Of a stretch of DNA of 64,000 nt, positions 36,901-51,900 are shown piece after piece. This DNA is from Schmidtea polychroa (taxonomy: Eukaryota). The stretch's first letter is position 1; the number at the start of each line of letters is the position of its first letter. The notes beneath the pieces were generated by a model. That model had not been told where the DNA came from and did not search any database. It saw nothing but the letters and a program-made list of their open reading frames with translations. The translations under genes were made by a program, and so were the position numbers. The stretch lies in assembly GCA_044892525.1 (NCBI GenBank), contig CM097887.1, positions 11,160,001-11,224,000 of the forward strand. Reading direction: 5' to 3'.

Positions 36901-39900
36901 TAATGATATTATTTGTTGCTAAAGACCTTTGATTCTCCACTGCTATCTAAATGAATACTAAAAAATTGTATTTTCATGCAAGAATCCAGGCTCTTGAGGA
37001 TCTGTTTGCTGTATTTAATGATATTATTTGTTGCTAAAGACCTTTCGATTTGATTCTCCAAAAGAAGGGGGATTTAGGGGTAATATTTATTATGAACTCT
37101 CAACTTCACAAGCTATATTAAATTGATGTAAAATTAGTAAATGGCAATAGCACTTGACTGTACTGTGCTTTATATTTAATGAAAAATTAGCAGCAAATGT
37201 ATTGATGGAACCTTCAATTTCACAGATCTTGAAGTTTTACTTAGTTCAACAGATGAAGCACCCTATACTGCGTCAGGTTATATTTGGTCTGTTGCTGCCA
37301 CTGCTATCTATATGAATACTAAAAAATCGTATTTTCATGCCAGAATTCCAGGCTTTTGAAGATCTGTTTGCTGTATTTAATGATATTATTTGTTGCTAAA
37401 GACCTTTCGATTTGATTCTCCACTGCTATCTATATGAATACTAAAAAATTGTATTTTCATGCAAGAATTCCAGGCTCTTAAGGATCTGTTTGCTGCATTT
37501 AATGATATCATTTGTTGCTAAAGACGTTTCGATTTGATTCTCCACTGCTATCTATATGAATACTAAAAAATTGTATTTTCATGCAAGAATTCCAAGCTCT
37601 TGAGGATCTGTTTGCTGTATTTAATGATATCATTTGTTGCTAAAGACGTTTCGATTTGATTCTCCACTGCTATCTATATGAATACTAAAAAATCGTATTT
37701 TCATGCCAGAATTCCAGGCTTTTGAAGATCTGTTTGCTGTATTTAATGATATTATTTGTTGCTAAAGACCTTTCGATTTGATTCTCCACTGCTATCTATA
37801 TGAATACTAAAAAATTGTATTTTCATGCAAGAATTCCAGGCTCTTGAGGATCTGTTTGCTGTATTTAATGATATCATTTGTTGCTAAAGACGTTTCGATT
37901 TGATTCTCCACTGCTATCTATATGAATACTAAAAAATTGTATTTTCATGCAAGAATTCCAAGCTCTTGAGGATCTGTTTGCTGTATTTAATGATATCATT
38001 TGTTGCTAAAGACGTTTAGATTTGATTCTCCACTGCTATCTATATGAATACTAAAAAATCGTATTTTCATGCCAGAATTCCAGGCTTTTGAAGATCTGTT
38101 TGCTGTATTTAATGATATTATTTGTTGCTAAAGACCTTTCGATTTGATTCTCCACTGCTATCTATATGAATACTAAAAAATTGTATTTTCATGCAAGAAT
38201 TCCAGGCTCTTGAGGATCTGTTTGCTGTATTTAATGATATCATTTGTTGCTAAAGACGTTTCGATTTGATTCTCCACTGCTATCTATATGAATACTAAAA
38301 AATTGTATTTTCATGCAAGAATTCCAAGCTCTTGAGGATCTGTTTGCTGTATTTAATGATATCATTTGTTGCTAAAGACGTTTAGATTTGATTCTCCACT
38401 GCTATCTATATGAATACTAAAAAATCGTATTTTCATGCCAGAATTCCAGGCTTTTGAAGATCTGTTTGCTGTATTTAATGATATTATTTGTTGCTAAAGA
38501 CCTTTCGATTTGATTCTCCACTGCTATCTATATGAATACTAAAAAATTGTATTTTCATGCAAGAATTCCAGGCTCTTGAGGATCTGTTTGCTGTATTTAA
38601 TGATATCATTTGTTGCTAAAGACGTTTCGATTTGATTCTCCACTGCTATCTATATGAATACTAAAAAATTGTATTTTCATGCCAGAATTCCAGGCTCTTG
38701 AGAATCTGTTTGCTGTATTTAATGATATTATTTGTTGCTAAAGACCTTTGATTCTCCACTGCTATCTAAATGAATACTAAAAAATTGTATTTTCATGCAA
38801 GAATCCAGGCTCTTGAGGATCTGTTTGCTGTATTTAATGATATTATTTGTTGCTAAAGACCTTTCGATTTGATTCTCCAAAAGAAGGGGGATTTAGGGGT
38901 AATATTTATTATGAACTCTCAACTTCACAAGCTATATTAAATTGATGTAAAATTAGTAAGTGGCAATAGCACTTGACTGTACTGTGCTTTATATTTAATG
39001 AAAAATTAGCAGCAAATGTATTGATGGAACCTTCAATTTCACAGATCTTGAAGTTTTACTTAGTTCAACAGATGAAGCACCCTATACTGCGTCAGGTTAT
39101 ATTTGGTCTGTTGCTGCCACTGCTATCTATATGAATACTAAAAAATCGTATTTTCATGCCAGAATTCCAGGCTTTTGAAGATCTGTTTGCTGTATTTAAT
39201 GATATTATTTGTTGCTAAAGACCTTTCGATTTGATTCTCCACTGCTATCTATATGAATACTAAAAAATTGTATTTTCATGCAAGAATTCCAGGCTCTTAA
39301 GGATCTGTTTGCTGCATTTAATGATATCATTTGTTGCTAAAGACGTTTCGATTTGATTCTCCACTGCTATCTATATGAATACTAAAAAATTGTATTTTCA
39401 TGCAAGAATTCCAAGCTCTTGAGGATCTGTTTGCTGTATTTAATGATATCATTTGTTGCTAAAGACGTTTCGATTTGATTCTCCACTGCTATCTATATGA
39501 ATACTAAAAAATCGTATTTTCATGCCAGAATTCCAGGCTTTTGAAGATCTGTTTGCTGTATTTAATGATATCATTTGTTGCTAAAGACGTTTCGATTTGA
39601 TTCTCCACTGCTATCTATATGAATACTAAAAAATTGTATTTTCATGCAAGAATTCCAAGCTCTTGAGGATCTGTTTGCTGTATTTAATGATATCATTTGT
39701 TGCTAAAGACGTTTAGATTTGATTCTCCACTGCTATCTATATGAATACTAAAAAATCGTATTTTCATGCCAGAATTCCAGGCTTTTGAAGATCTGTTTGC
39801 TGTATTTAATGATATTATTTGTTGCTAAAGACCTTTCGATTTGATTCTCCACTGCTATCTATATGAATACTAAAAAATTGTATTTTCATGCAAGAATTCC

Positions 39901-42900
39901 AGGCTCTTGAGGATCTGTTTGCTGTATTTAATGATATCATTTGTTGCTAAAGACGTTTCGATTTGATTCTCCACTGCTATCTATATGAATACTAAAAAAT
40001 TGTATTTTCATGCCAGAATTCCAGGCTCTTGAGAATCTGTTTGCTGTATTTAATGATATTATTTGTTGCTAAAGACCTTTGATTCTCCACTGCTATCTAA
40101 ATGAATACTAAAAAATTGTATTTTCATGCAAGAATCCAGGCTCTTGAGGATCTGTTTGCTGTATTTAATGATATTATTTGTTGCTAAAGACCTTTCGATT
40201 TGATTCTCCAAAAGAAGGGGGATTTAGGGGTAATATTTATTATGAACTCTCAACTTCACAAGCTATATTAAATTGATGTAAAATTAGTAAGTGGCAATAG
40301 CACTTGACTGTACTGTGCTTTATATTTAATGAAAAATTAGCAGCAAATGTATTGATGGAACCTTCAATTTCACAGATCTTGAAGTTTTACTTAGTTCAAC
40401 AGATGAAGCACCCTATACTGCGTCAGGTTATATTTGGTCTGTTGCTGCCACTGCTATCTATATGAATACTAAAAAATCGTATTTTCATGCCAGAATTCCA
40501 GGCTTTTGAAGATCTGTTTGCTGTATTTAATGATATTATTTGTTGCTAAAGACCTTTCGATTTGATTCTCCACTGCTATCTATATGAATACTAAAAAATT
40601 GTATTTTCATGCAAGAATTCCAGGCTCTTAAGGATCTGTTTGCTGCATTTAATGATATCATTTGTTGCTAAAGACGTTTCGATTTGATTCTCCACTGCTA
40701 TCTATATGAATACTAAAAAATTGTATTTTCATGCAAGAATTCCAAGCTCTTGAGGATCTGTTTGCTGTATTTAATGATATCATTTGTTGCTAAAGACGTT
40801 TCGATTTGATTCTCCACTGCTATCTATATGAATACTAAAAAATCGTATTTTCATGCCAGAATTCCAGGCTTTTGAAGATCTGTTTGCTGTATTTAATGAT
40901 ATTATTTGTTGCTAAAGACCTTTCGATTTGATTCTCCACTGCTATCTATATGAATACTAAAAAATTGTATTTTCATGCAAGAATTCCAGGCTCTTGAGGA
41001 TCTGTTTGCTGTATTTAATGATATCATTTGTTGCTAAAGACGTTTCGATTTGATTCTCCACTGCTATCTATATGAATACTAAAAAATTGTATTTTCATTC
41101 AAGAATTCCAGGCTCTTGAGGATCTATTTGCTGTATTTAATGATATCATTTGTTGCTAAAGACCTTTCGATTTGATTCTCCAAAAAACCTTAGAAGGGGA
41201 ATAATAATTCTAGCAGTGATTTAGGGGTAATATTTATTATGAACTCTCAACTTCACAAGCTATATTTATTGGATAATGTAAAATTAGTGAGGGGCAATAG
41301 CACTTGACTGTACTGTGCGTTCTATTTAAAAGAAAATCAGCGGCAAATGTATTGATGGAACCTTCAATTTCACAGATCTTGAAGTTTTACTTAGTTCAAC
41401 AGGTGAAGCACCCTATACTGCGTCAGGTTATATTTGGTCTGTTGCTGCCACTGCTATCTATATGAATACTAAAAAATTGTATTTTCATGCCAGAATTCCA
41501 GGCTTTTGAGGATCTGTTTGCTGTATTTAATGATATTATTTTTTGCTAAAGACCTTTCGATTTGATTCTCCACTGTTATCTATATGAATACTAAAAAATT
41601 GTATTTTCATGCCAGAACTCCAGGCTCTTGAGGATCTGTTTGCTGTATTTAATGATATCATTTGTTGCTAAAGACGTTTCGATTTGATTCTCCACTGCTA
41701 TCTATATGAATACTAAAAAATTGTATTTTCATGCAAGAATTCCAAGCTCTTGAGGATCTGTTTGCTGTATTTAATGATATCATTTGTTGCTAAAGACGTT
41801 TCGATTTGATTCTCCACTGCTATCTATATGAATACTAAAAAATCGTATTTTCATGCCAGAATTCCAGGCTTTTGAAGATCTGTTTGCTGTATTTAATGAT
41901 ATTATTTGTTGCTAAAGACCTTTCGATTTGATTCTCCACTGCTATCTATATGAATACTAAAAAATTGTATTTTCATGCAAGAATTCCAGGCTCTTGAGGA
42001 TCTGTTTGCTGTATTTAATGATATCATTTGTTGCTAAAGACGTTTCGATTTGATTCTCCACTGCTATCTATATGAATACTAAAAAATTGTATTTTCATGC
42101 CAGAATTCCAGGCTCTTGAGAATCTGTTTGCTGTATTTAATGATATTATTTGTTGCTAAAGACCTTTGATTCTCCACTGCTATCTAAATGAATACTAAAA
42201 AATTGTATTTTCATGCAAGAATCCAGGCTCTTGAGGATCTGTTTGCTGTATTTAATGATATTATTTGTTGCTAAAGACCTTTCGATTTGATTCTCCAAAA
42301 GAAGGGGGATTTAGGGGTAATATTTATTATGAACTCTCAACTTCACAAGCTATATTAAATTGATGTAAAATTAGTAAGTGGCAATAGCACTTGACTGTAC
42401 TGTGCTTTATATTTAATGAAAAATTAGCAGCAAATGTATTGATGGAACCTTCAATTTCACAGATCTTGAAGTTTTACTTAGTTCAACAAATGAAGCACCC
42501 TATACTGCGTCAGGTTATATTTGGTCTGTTGCTGCCACTGCTATCTATATGAATACTAAAAAATCGTATTTTCATGCCAGAATTCCAGGCTTTTGAAGAT
42601 CTGTTTGCTGTATTTAATGATATTATTTGTTGCTAAAGACCTTTCGATTTGATTCTCCACTGCTATCTATATGAATACTAAAAAATTGTATTTTCATGCA
42701 AGAATTCCAGGCTCTTAAGGATCTGTTTGCTGCATTTAATGATATCATTTGTTGCTAAAGACGTTTCGATTTGATTCTCCACTGCTATCTATATGAATAC
42801 TAAAAAATTGTATTTTCATGCAAGAATTCCAAGCTCTTGAGGATCTGTTTGCTGTATTTAATGATATCATTTGTTGCTAAAGACGTTTCGATTTGATTCT

Positions 42901-45900
42901 CCACTGCTATCTATATGAATACTAAAAAATCGTATTTTCATGCCAGAATTCCAGGCTTTTGAAGATCTGTTTGCTGTATTTAATGATATTATTTGTTGCT
43001 AAAGACCTTTCGATTTGATTCTCCACTGCTATCTATATGAATACTAAAAAATTGTATTTTCATGCAAGAATTCCAGGCTCTTGAGGATCTGTTTGCTGTA
43101 TTTAATGATATCATTTGTTGCTAAAGACGTTTCGATTTGATTCTCCACTGCTATCTATATGAATATTAAAAAATTGTATTTTCATTCAAGAATTCCAGGC
43201 TCTTGAGGATCTATTTGCTGTATTTAATGATATCATTTGTTGCTAAAGACCTTTCGATTTGATTCTCCAAAAAACATTAGAAGGGGAATAATAATTCTAG
43301 CAGTGATTTAGGGGTAATATTTATTATGAACTCTCAACTTCACAAGCTATATTTATTGGATAATGTAAAATTAGTGAGGGGCAATAGCACTTGACTGTAC
43401 TGTGCGTTCTATTTAAAAGAAAATCAGCGGCAAATGTATTGATGGAACCTTCAATTTCACAGATCTTGAAGTTTTACTTAGTTCAACAGGTGAAGCACCC
43501 TATACTGCGTCAGGTTATATTTGGTCTGTTGCTGCCACTGCTATCTATATGAATACTAAAAAATTGTATTTTCATGCCAGAATTCCAGGCTCTTGAGGAT
43601 CTGTTTGCTGTATTTAATGATATCATTTGTTGCTAAAGACGTTTCGATTTGATTCTCCACTGCTATCTATATGAATACTAAAAAATTGTATTTTCATGCC
43701 AGAATTCCAGGCTCTTGAGAATCTGTTTGCTGTATTTAATGATATTATTTGTTGCTAAAGACCTTTGATTCTCCACTGCTATCTAAATGAATACTAAAAA
43801 ATTGTATTTTCATGCAAGAATCCAGGCTCTTGAGGATCTGTTTGCTGTATTTAATGATATTATTTGTTGCTAAAGACCTTTCGATTTGATTCTCCAAAAG
43901 AAGGGGGATTTAGGGGTAATATTTATTATGAACTCTCAACTTCACAAGCTATATTAAATTGATGTAAAATTAGTAAGTGGCAATAGCACTTGACTGTACT
44001 GTGCTTTATATTTAATGAAAAATTAGCAGCAAATGTATTGATGGAACCTTCAATTTCACAGATCTTGAAGTTTTACTTAGTTCAACAGATGAAGCACCCT
44101 ATACTGCGTCAGGTTATATTTGGTCTGTTGCTGCCACTGCTATCTATATGAATACTAAAAAATCGTATTTTCATTCAAGAATTCCAGGCTCTTGAGGATC
44201 TGCTTGCTGTATTTAATGATATCATTTGTTGCTAAAGATGTTTCGATTTGATTCTCCACTGCTATCTATATGAATACTAAAAAATTGTATTTTCATGCCA
44301 GAATTCCAGGCTCTTGAGAATCTATTTGCTGTATTTAATGATATTATTTGTTGCTAAAGACCTTTGATTCTCCACTGCTATCTAAATGAATACTAAAAAA
44401 TTGTATTTTCATGCAAGAATCCAGGCTCTTGAGGATCTGTTTGCTGTATTTAATGATATTATTTGTTGCTAAAGACCTTTCGATTTGATTCTCCAAAAGA
44501 AGGGGGATTTAGGGGTAATATTTATTATGAACTCTCAACTTCACAAGCTATATTAAATTGATGTAAAATTAGTAAGTGGCAATAGCACTTGACTGTACTG
44601 TGCTTTATATTTAATGAAAAATTAGCAGCAAATGTATTGATGGAACCTTCAATTTCACAGATCTTGAAGTTTTACTTAGTTCAACAGATGAAGCACCCTA
44701 TACTGCGTCAGGTTATATTTGGTCTGTTGCTGCCACTGCTATCTATATGAATACTAAAAAATCGTATTTTCATGCCAGAATTCCAGGCTTTTGAAGATCT
44801 GTTTGCTGTATTTAATGATATTATTTGTTGCTAAAGACCTTTCGATTTGATTCTCCACTGCTATCTATATGAATACTAAAAAATTGTATTTTCATGCAAG
44901 AATTCCAGGCTCTTAAGGATCTGTTTGCTGCATTTAATGATATCATTTGTTGCTAAAGACGTTTCGATTTGATTCTCCACTGCTATCTATATGAATACTA
45001 AAAAATTGTATTTTCATGCAAGAATTCCAAGCTCTTGAGGATCTGTTTGCTGTATTTAATGATATCATTTGTTGCTAAAGACGTTTCGATTTGATTCTCC
45101 ACTGCTATCTATATGAATACTAAAAAATCGTATTTTCATGCCAGAATTCCAGGCTTTTGAAGATCTGTTTGCTGTATTTAATGATATTATTTGTTGCTAA
45201 AGACCTTTCGATTTGATTCTCCACTGCTATCTATATGAATACTAAAAAATTGTATTTTCATGCAAGAATTCCAGGCTCTTGAGGATCTGTTTGCTGTATT
45301 TAATGATATCATTTGTTGCTAAAGACGTTTCGATTTGATTCTCCACTGCTATCTATATGAATACTAAAAAATTGTATTTTCATTCAAGAATTCCAGGCTC
45401 TTGAGGATCTATTTGCTGTATTTAATGATATCATTTGTTGCTAAAGACCTTTCGATTTGATTCTCCAAAAAACCTTAGAAGGGGAATAATAATTCTAGCA
45501 GTGATTTAGGGGTAATATTTATTATGAACTCTCAACTTCACAAGCTATATTTATTGGATAATGTAAAATTAGTGAGGGGCAATAGCACTTGACTGTACTG
45601 TGCGTTCTATTTAAAAGAAAATCAGCGGCAAATGTATTGATGGAACCTTCAATTTCACAGATCTTGAAGTTTTACTTAGTTCAACAGGTGAAGCACCCTA
45701 TACTGCGTCAGGTTATATTTGGTCTGTTGCTGCCACTGCTATCTATATGAATACTAAAAAATTGTATTTTCATGCCAGAATTCCAGGCTCTTGAGGATCT
45801 GTTTGCTGTATTTAATGATATCATTTGTTGCTAAAGACGTTTCGATTTGATTCTCCACTGCTATCTATATGAATACTAAAAAATTGTATTTTCATGCCAG

Positions 45901-48900
45901 AATTCCAGGCTCTTGAGAATCTGTTTGCTGTATTTAATGATATTATTTGTTGCTAAAGACCTTTGATTCTCCACTGCTATCTAAATGAATACTAAAAAAT
46001 TGTATTTTCATGCAAGAATCCAGGCTCTTGAGGATCTGTTTGCTGTATTTAATGATATTATTTGTTGCTAAAGACCTTTCGATTTGATTCTCCAAAAGAA
46101 GGGGGATTTAGGGGTAATATTTATTATGAACTCTCAACTTCACAAGCTATATTAAATTGATGTAAAATTAGTAAGTGGCAATAGCACTTGACTGTACTGT
46201 GCTTTATATTTAATGAAAAATTAGCAGCAAATGTATTGATGGAACCTTCAATTTCACAGATCTTGAAGTTTTACTTAGTTCAACAGATGAAGCACCCTAT
46301 ACTGCGTCAGGTTATATTTGGTCTGTTGCTGCCACTGCTATCTATATGAATACTAAAAAATCGTATTTTCATTCAAGAATTCCAGGCTCTTGAGGATCTG
46401 CTTGCTGTATTTAATGATATCATTTGTTGCTAAAGACGTTTCGATTTGATTCTCCACTGCTATCTATATGAATACTAAAAAATTGTATTTTCATGCCAGA
46501 ATTCCAGGCTCTTGAGAATCTATTTGCTGTATTTAATGATATTATTTGTTGCTAAAGACCTTTGATTCTCCACTGCTATCTAAATGAATACTAAAAAATT
46601 GTATTTTCATGCAAGAATCCAGGCTCTTGAGGATCTGTTTGCTGTATTTAATGATATTATTTGTTGCTAAAGACCTTTCGATTTGATTCTCCAAAAGAAG
46701 GGGGATTTAGGGGTAATATTTATTATGAACTCTCAACTTCACAAGCTATATTAAATTGATGTAAAATTAGTAAGTGGCAATAGCACTTGACTGTACTGTG
46801 CTTTATATTTAATGAAAAATTAGCAGCAAATGTATTGATGGAACCTTCAATTTCACAGATCTTGAAGTTTTACTTAGTTCAACAGATGAAGCACCCTATA
46901 CTGCGTCAGGTTATATTTGGTCTGTTGCTGCCACTGCTATCTATATGAATACTAAAAAATCGTATTTTCATGCCAGAATTCCAGGCTTTTGAAGATCTGT
47001 TTGCTGTATTTAATGATATTATTTGTTGCTAAAGACCTTTCGATTTGATTCTCCACTGCTATCTATATGAATACTAAAAAATTGTATTTTCATGCAAGAA
47101 TTCCAGGCTCTTAAGGATCTGTTTGCTGCATTTAATGATATCATTTGTTGCTAAAGACGTTTCGATTTGATTCTCCACTGCTATCTATATGAATACTAAA
47201 AAATTGTATTTTCATGCAAGAATTCCAAGCTCTTGAGGATCTGTTTGCTGTATTTAATGATATCATTTGTTGCTAAAGACGTTTCGATTTGATTCTCCAC
47301 TGCTATCTATATGAATACTAAAAAATCGTATTTTCATGCCAGAATTCCAGGCTTTTGAAGATCTGTTTGCTGTATTTAATGATATTATTTGTTGCTAAAG
47401 ACCTTTCGATTTGATTCTCCACTGCTATCTATATGAATACTAAAAAATTGTATTTTCATGCAAGAATTCCAGGCTCTTGAGGATCTGTTTGCTGTATTTA
47501 ATGATATCATTTGTTGCTAAAGACGTTTCGATTTGATTCTCCACTGCTATCTATATGAATACTAAAAAATTGTATTTTCATTCAAGAATTCCAGGCTCTT
47601 GAGGATCTATTTGCTGTATTTAATGATATCATTTGTTGCTAAAGACCTTTCGATTTGATTCTCCAAAAAACCTTAGAAGGGGAATAATAATTCTAGCAGT
47701 GATTTAGGGGTAATATTTATTATGAACTCTCAACTTCACAAGCTATATTTATTGGATAATGTAAAATTAGTGAGGGGCAATAGCACTTGACTGTACTGTG
47801 CGTTCTATTTAAAAGAAAATCAGCGGCAAATGTATTGATGGAACCTTCAATTTCACAGATCTTGAAGTTTTACTTAGTTCAACAGGTGAAGCACCCTATA
47901 CTGCGTCAGGTTATATTTGGTCTGTTGCTGCCACTGCTATCTATATGAATACTAAAAAATTGTATTTTCATGCCAGAATTCCAGGCTCTTGAGGATCTGT
48001 TTGCTGTATTTAATGATATCATTTGTTGCTAAAGACGTTTCGATTTGATTCTCCACTGCTATCTATATGAATACTAAAAAATTGTATTTTCATGCCAGAA
48101 TTCCAGGCTCTTGAGAATCTGTTTGCTGTATTTAATGATATTATTTGTTGCTAAAGACCTTTGATTCTCCACTGCTATCTAAATGAATACTAAAAAATTG
48201 TATTTTCATGCAAGAATCCAGGCTCTTGAGGATCTGTTTGCTGTATTTAATGATATTATTTGTTGCTAAAGACCTTTCGATTTGATTCTCCAAAAGAAGG
48301 GGGATTTAGGGGTAATATTTATTATGAACTCTCAACTTCACAAGCTATATTAAATTGATGTAAAATTAGTAAGTGGCAATAGCACTTGACTGTACTGTGC
48401 TTTATATTTAATGAAAAATTAGCAGCAAATGTATTGATGGAACCTTCAATTTCACAGATCTTGAAGTTTTACTTAGTTCAACAAATGAAGCACCCTATAC
48501 TGCGTCAGGTTATATTTGGTCTGTTGCTGCCACTGCTATCTATATGAATACTAAAAAATTGTATTTTCATGCAAGAATTCCAGGCTCTTGAGGATCTGCT
48601 TGCTGTATTTAATGATATCATTTGTTGCTAAAGACGTTTCGATTTGATTCTCCACTGCTATCTATATGAATACTAAAAAATTGTATTTTCATTCAAGAAT
48701 TCCAGGCTCTTGAGGATCTGTTTGCTGTATTTAATGATATCATTTGTTGCTAAAGACCTTTCGATTTGATTCTCCAAAAATCCTTAGAAGGGGAATAATA
48801 ATTCTAGCAGTGATTTAGGGGTAATATTTATTATGAACTCTCAACTTCACAAGCTATATTTATTGGATAATGTAAAATTAGTGAGGGGCAATAGCACTTG

Positions 48901-51900
48901 ACTGTACTGTGCGTTCTATTTAAAAGAAAATCAGCGGCAAATGTATTGATGGAACCTTCAATTTCACAGATCTTGAAGTTTTACTTAGTTCAACAGATGA
49001 AGCACCCTATACTGCGTCAGGTTATATTTGGTCTGTTGCTGCCACTGCTATGTATATGAATACTAAAAAATCGTATTTTCATGCCAGAATTCCAGGCTTT
49101 TGAAGATCTGTTTGCTGTATTTAATGATATTATTTGTTGCTAAAGACCTTTCGATTTGATTCTCCACTGCTATCTATATGAATACTAAAAAATTGTATTT
49201 TCATGCAAGAATTCCAGGCTCTTGAGGATCTGTTTGCTGTATTTAATGATATCATTTGTTGCTAAAGACGTTTCGATTTGATTCTCCACTGCTATCTATA
49301 TGAATACTAAAAAATCGTATTTTCATGCCAGAATTCCAGGCTTTTGAAGATCTGTTTGCTGTATTTAATGATATTATTTGTTGCTAAAGACCTTTCGATT
49401 TGATTCTCCACTGCTATCTATATGAATACTAAAAAATTGTATTTTCATGCAAGAATTCCAGGCTCTTGAGGATCTGTTTGCTGTATTTAATGATATCATT
49501 TGTTGCTAAAGACGTTTCGATTTGATTCTCCACTGCTATCTATATGAATACTAAAAAATTGTATTTTCATGCCAGATTTCCAGGCTCTTGAGAATCTGTT
49601 TGCTGTATTTAATGATATTATTTGTTGCTAAAGACCTTTGATTCTCCACTGCTATCTAAATGAATACTAAAAAATTGTATTTTCATGCAAGAATCCAGGC
49701 TCTTGAGGATCTGTTTGCTGTATTTAATGATATCATTTGTTGCTAAAGACCTTTCGATTTGATTCTCCAAAAGAAGGGGGATTTAGGGGTAATATTTATT
49801 ATGAACTCTCAACTTCACAAGCTATATTAAATTGATGTAAAATTAGTAAGTGGCAATAGCACTTGACTGTACTGTGCTTTATATTTAATGAAAAATTAGC
49901 AGCAAATGTATTGATGGAACCTTCAATTTCACAGATCTTGAAGTTTTACTTAGTTCAACAAATGAAGCACCCTATACTGCGTCAGGTTATATTTGGTCTG
50001 TTGCTGCCACTGCTATCTATATGAATACTAAAAAATTGTATTTTCATGCAAGAATTCCAGGCTCTTGAGGATCTGCTTGCTGTATTTAATGATATCATTT
50101 GTTGCTAAAGACGTTTCGATTTGATTCTCCACTGCTATCTATATGAATACTAAAAAATTGTATTTTCATTCAAGAATTCCAGGCTTTTGAGGATCTGTTT
50201 GCTGTATTTAATGATATCATTTGTTGCTAAAGACCTTTCGATTTGATTCTCCAAAAAACCTTAGAAGGGGAATAATAATTCTAGCAGTGATTTAGGGGTA
50301 ATATTTATTATGAACTCTCAACTTCACAAGCTATATTTATTGGATAATGTAAAATTAGTGAGGGGCAATAGCACTTGACTGTACTGTGCGTTCTATTTAA
50401 AAGAAAATCAGCGGCAAATGTATTGATGGAACCTTCAATTTCACAGATCTTGAAGTTTTACTTAGTTCAACAGATGAAGCACCCTATACTGCGTCAGGTT
50501 ATATTTGGTCTGTTGCTGCCACTGCTATCTATATGAATACTAAAAAATCGTATTTTCATGCCAGAATTCCAGGCTTTTGAAGATCTGTTTGCTGTATTTA
50601 ATGATATTATTTGTTGCTAAAGACCTTTCGATTTGATTCTCCACTGCTATCTATATGAATACTAAAAAATTGTATTTTCATGCAAGAATTCCAGGCTCTT
50701 GAGGATCTGTTTGCTGTATTTAATGATATCATTTGTTGCTAAAGACGTTTCGATTTGATTCTCCACTGCTATCTATATGAATACTAAAAAATTGTATTTT
50801 CATGCAAGAATTCCAAGCTCTTGAGGATCTGTTTGCTGTATTTAATGATATCATTTGTTGCTAAAGACGTTTAGATTTGATTCTCCACTGCTATCTATAT
50901 GAATACTAAAAAATCGTATTTTCATGCCAGAATTCCAGGCTTTTGAAGATCTGTTTGCTGTATTTAATGATATTATTTGTTGCTAAAGACCTTTCGATTT
51001 GATTCTCCACTGCTATCTATATGAATACTAAAAAATTGTATTTTCATGCAAGAATTCCAGGCTCTTGAGGATCTGCTTGCTGTATTTAATGATATCATTT
51101 GTTGCTAAAGATGTTTCGATTTGATTCTCCACTGCTATCTATATGAATACTAAAAAATTGTATTTTCATGCCAGAATTCCAGGCTCTTGAGAATCTATTT
51201 GCTGTATTTAATGATATTATTTGTTGCTAAAGACCTTTGATTCTCCACTGCTATCTAAATGAATACTAAAAAATTGTATTTTCATGCAAGAATCCAGGCT
51301 CTTGAGGATCTGTTTGCTGTATTTAATGATATTATTTGTTGCTAAAGACCTTTCGATTTGATTCTCCAAAAGAAGGGGGATTTAGGGGTAATATTTATTA
51401 TGAACTCTCAACTTCACAAGCTATATTAAATTGATGTAAAATTAGTAAGTGGCAATAGCACTTGACTGTACTGTGCTTTATATTTAATGAAAAATTAGCA
51501 GCAAATGTATTGATGGAACCTTCAATTTCACAGATCTTGAAGTTTTACTTAGTTCAACAGATGAAGCACCCTATACTGCGTCAGGTTATATTTGGTCTGT
51601 TGCTGCCACTGCTATCTATATGAATACTAAAAAATCGTATTTTCATGCCAGAATTCCAGGCTTTTGAAGATCTGTTTGCTGTATTTAATGATATTATTTG
51701 TTGCTAAAGACCTTTCGATTTGATTCTCCACTGCTATCTATATGAATACTAAAAAATTGTATTTTCATGCAAGAATTCCAGGCTCTTAAGGATCTGTTTG
51801 CTGCATTTAATGATATCATTTGTTGCTAAAGACGTTTCGATTTGATTCTCCACTGCTATCTATATGAATACTAAAAAATCGTATTTTCATGCCAGAATTC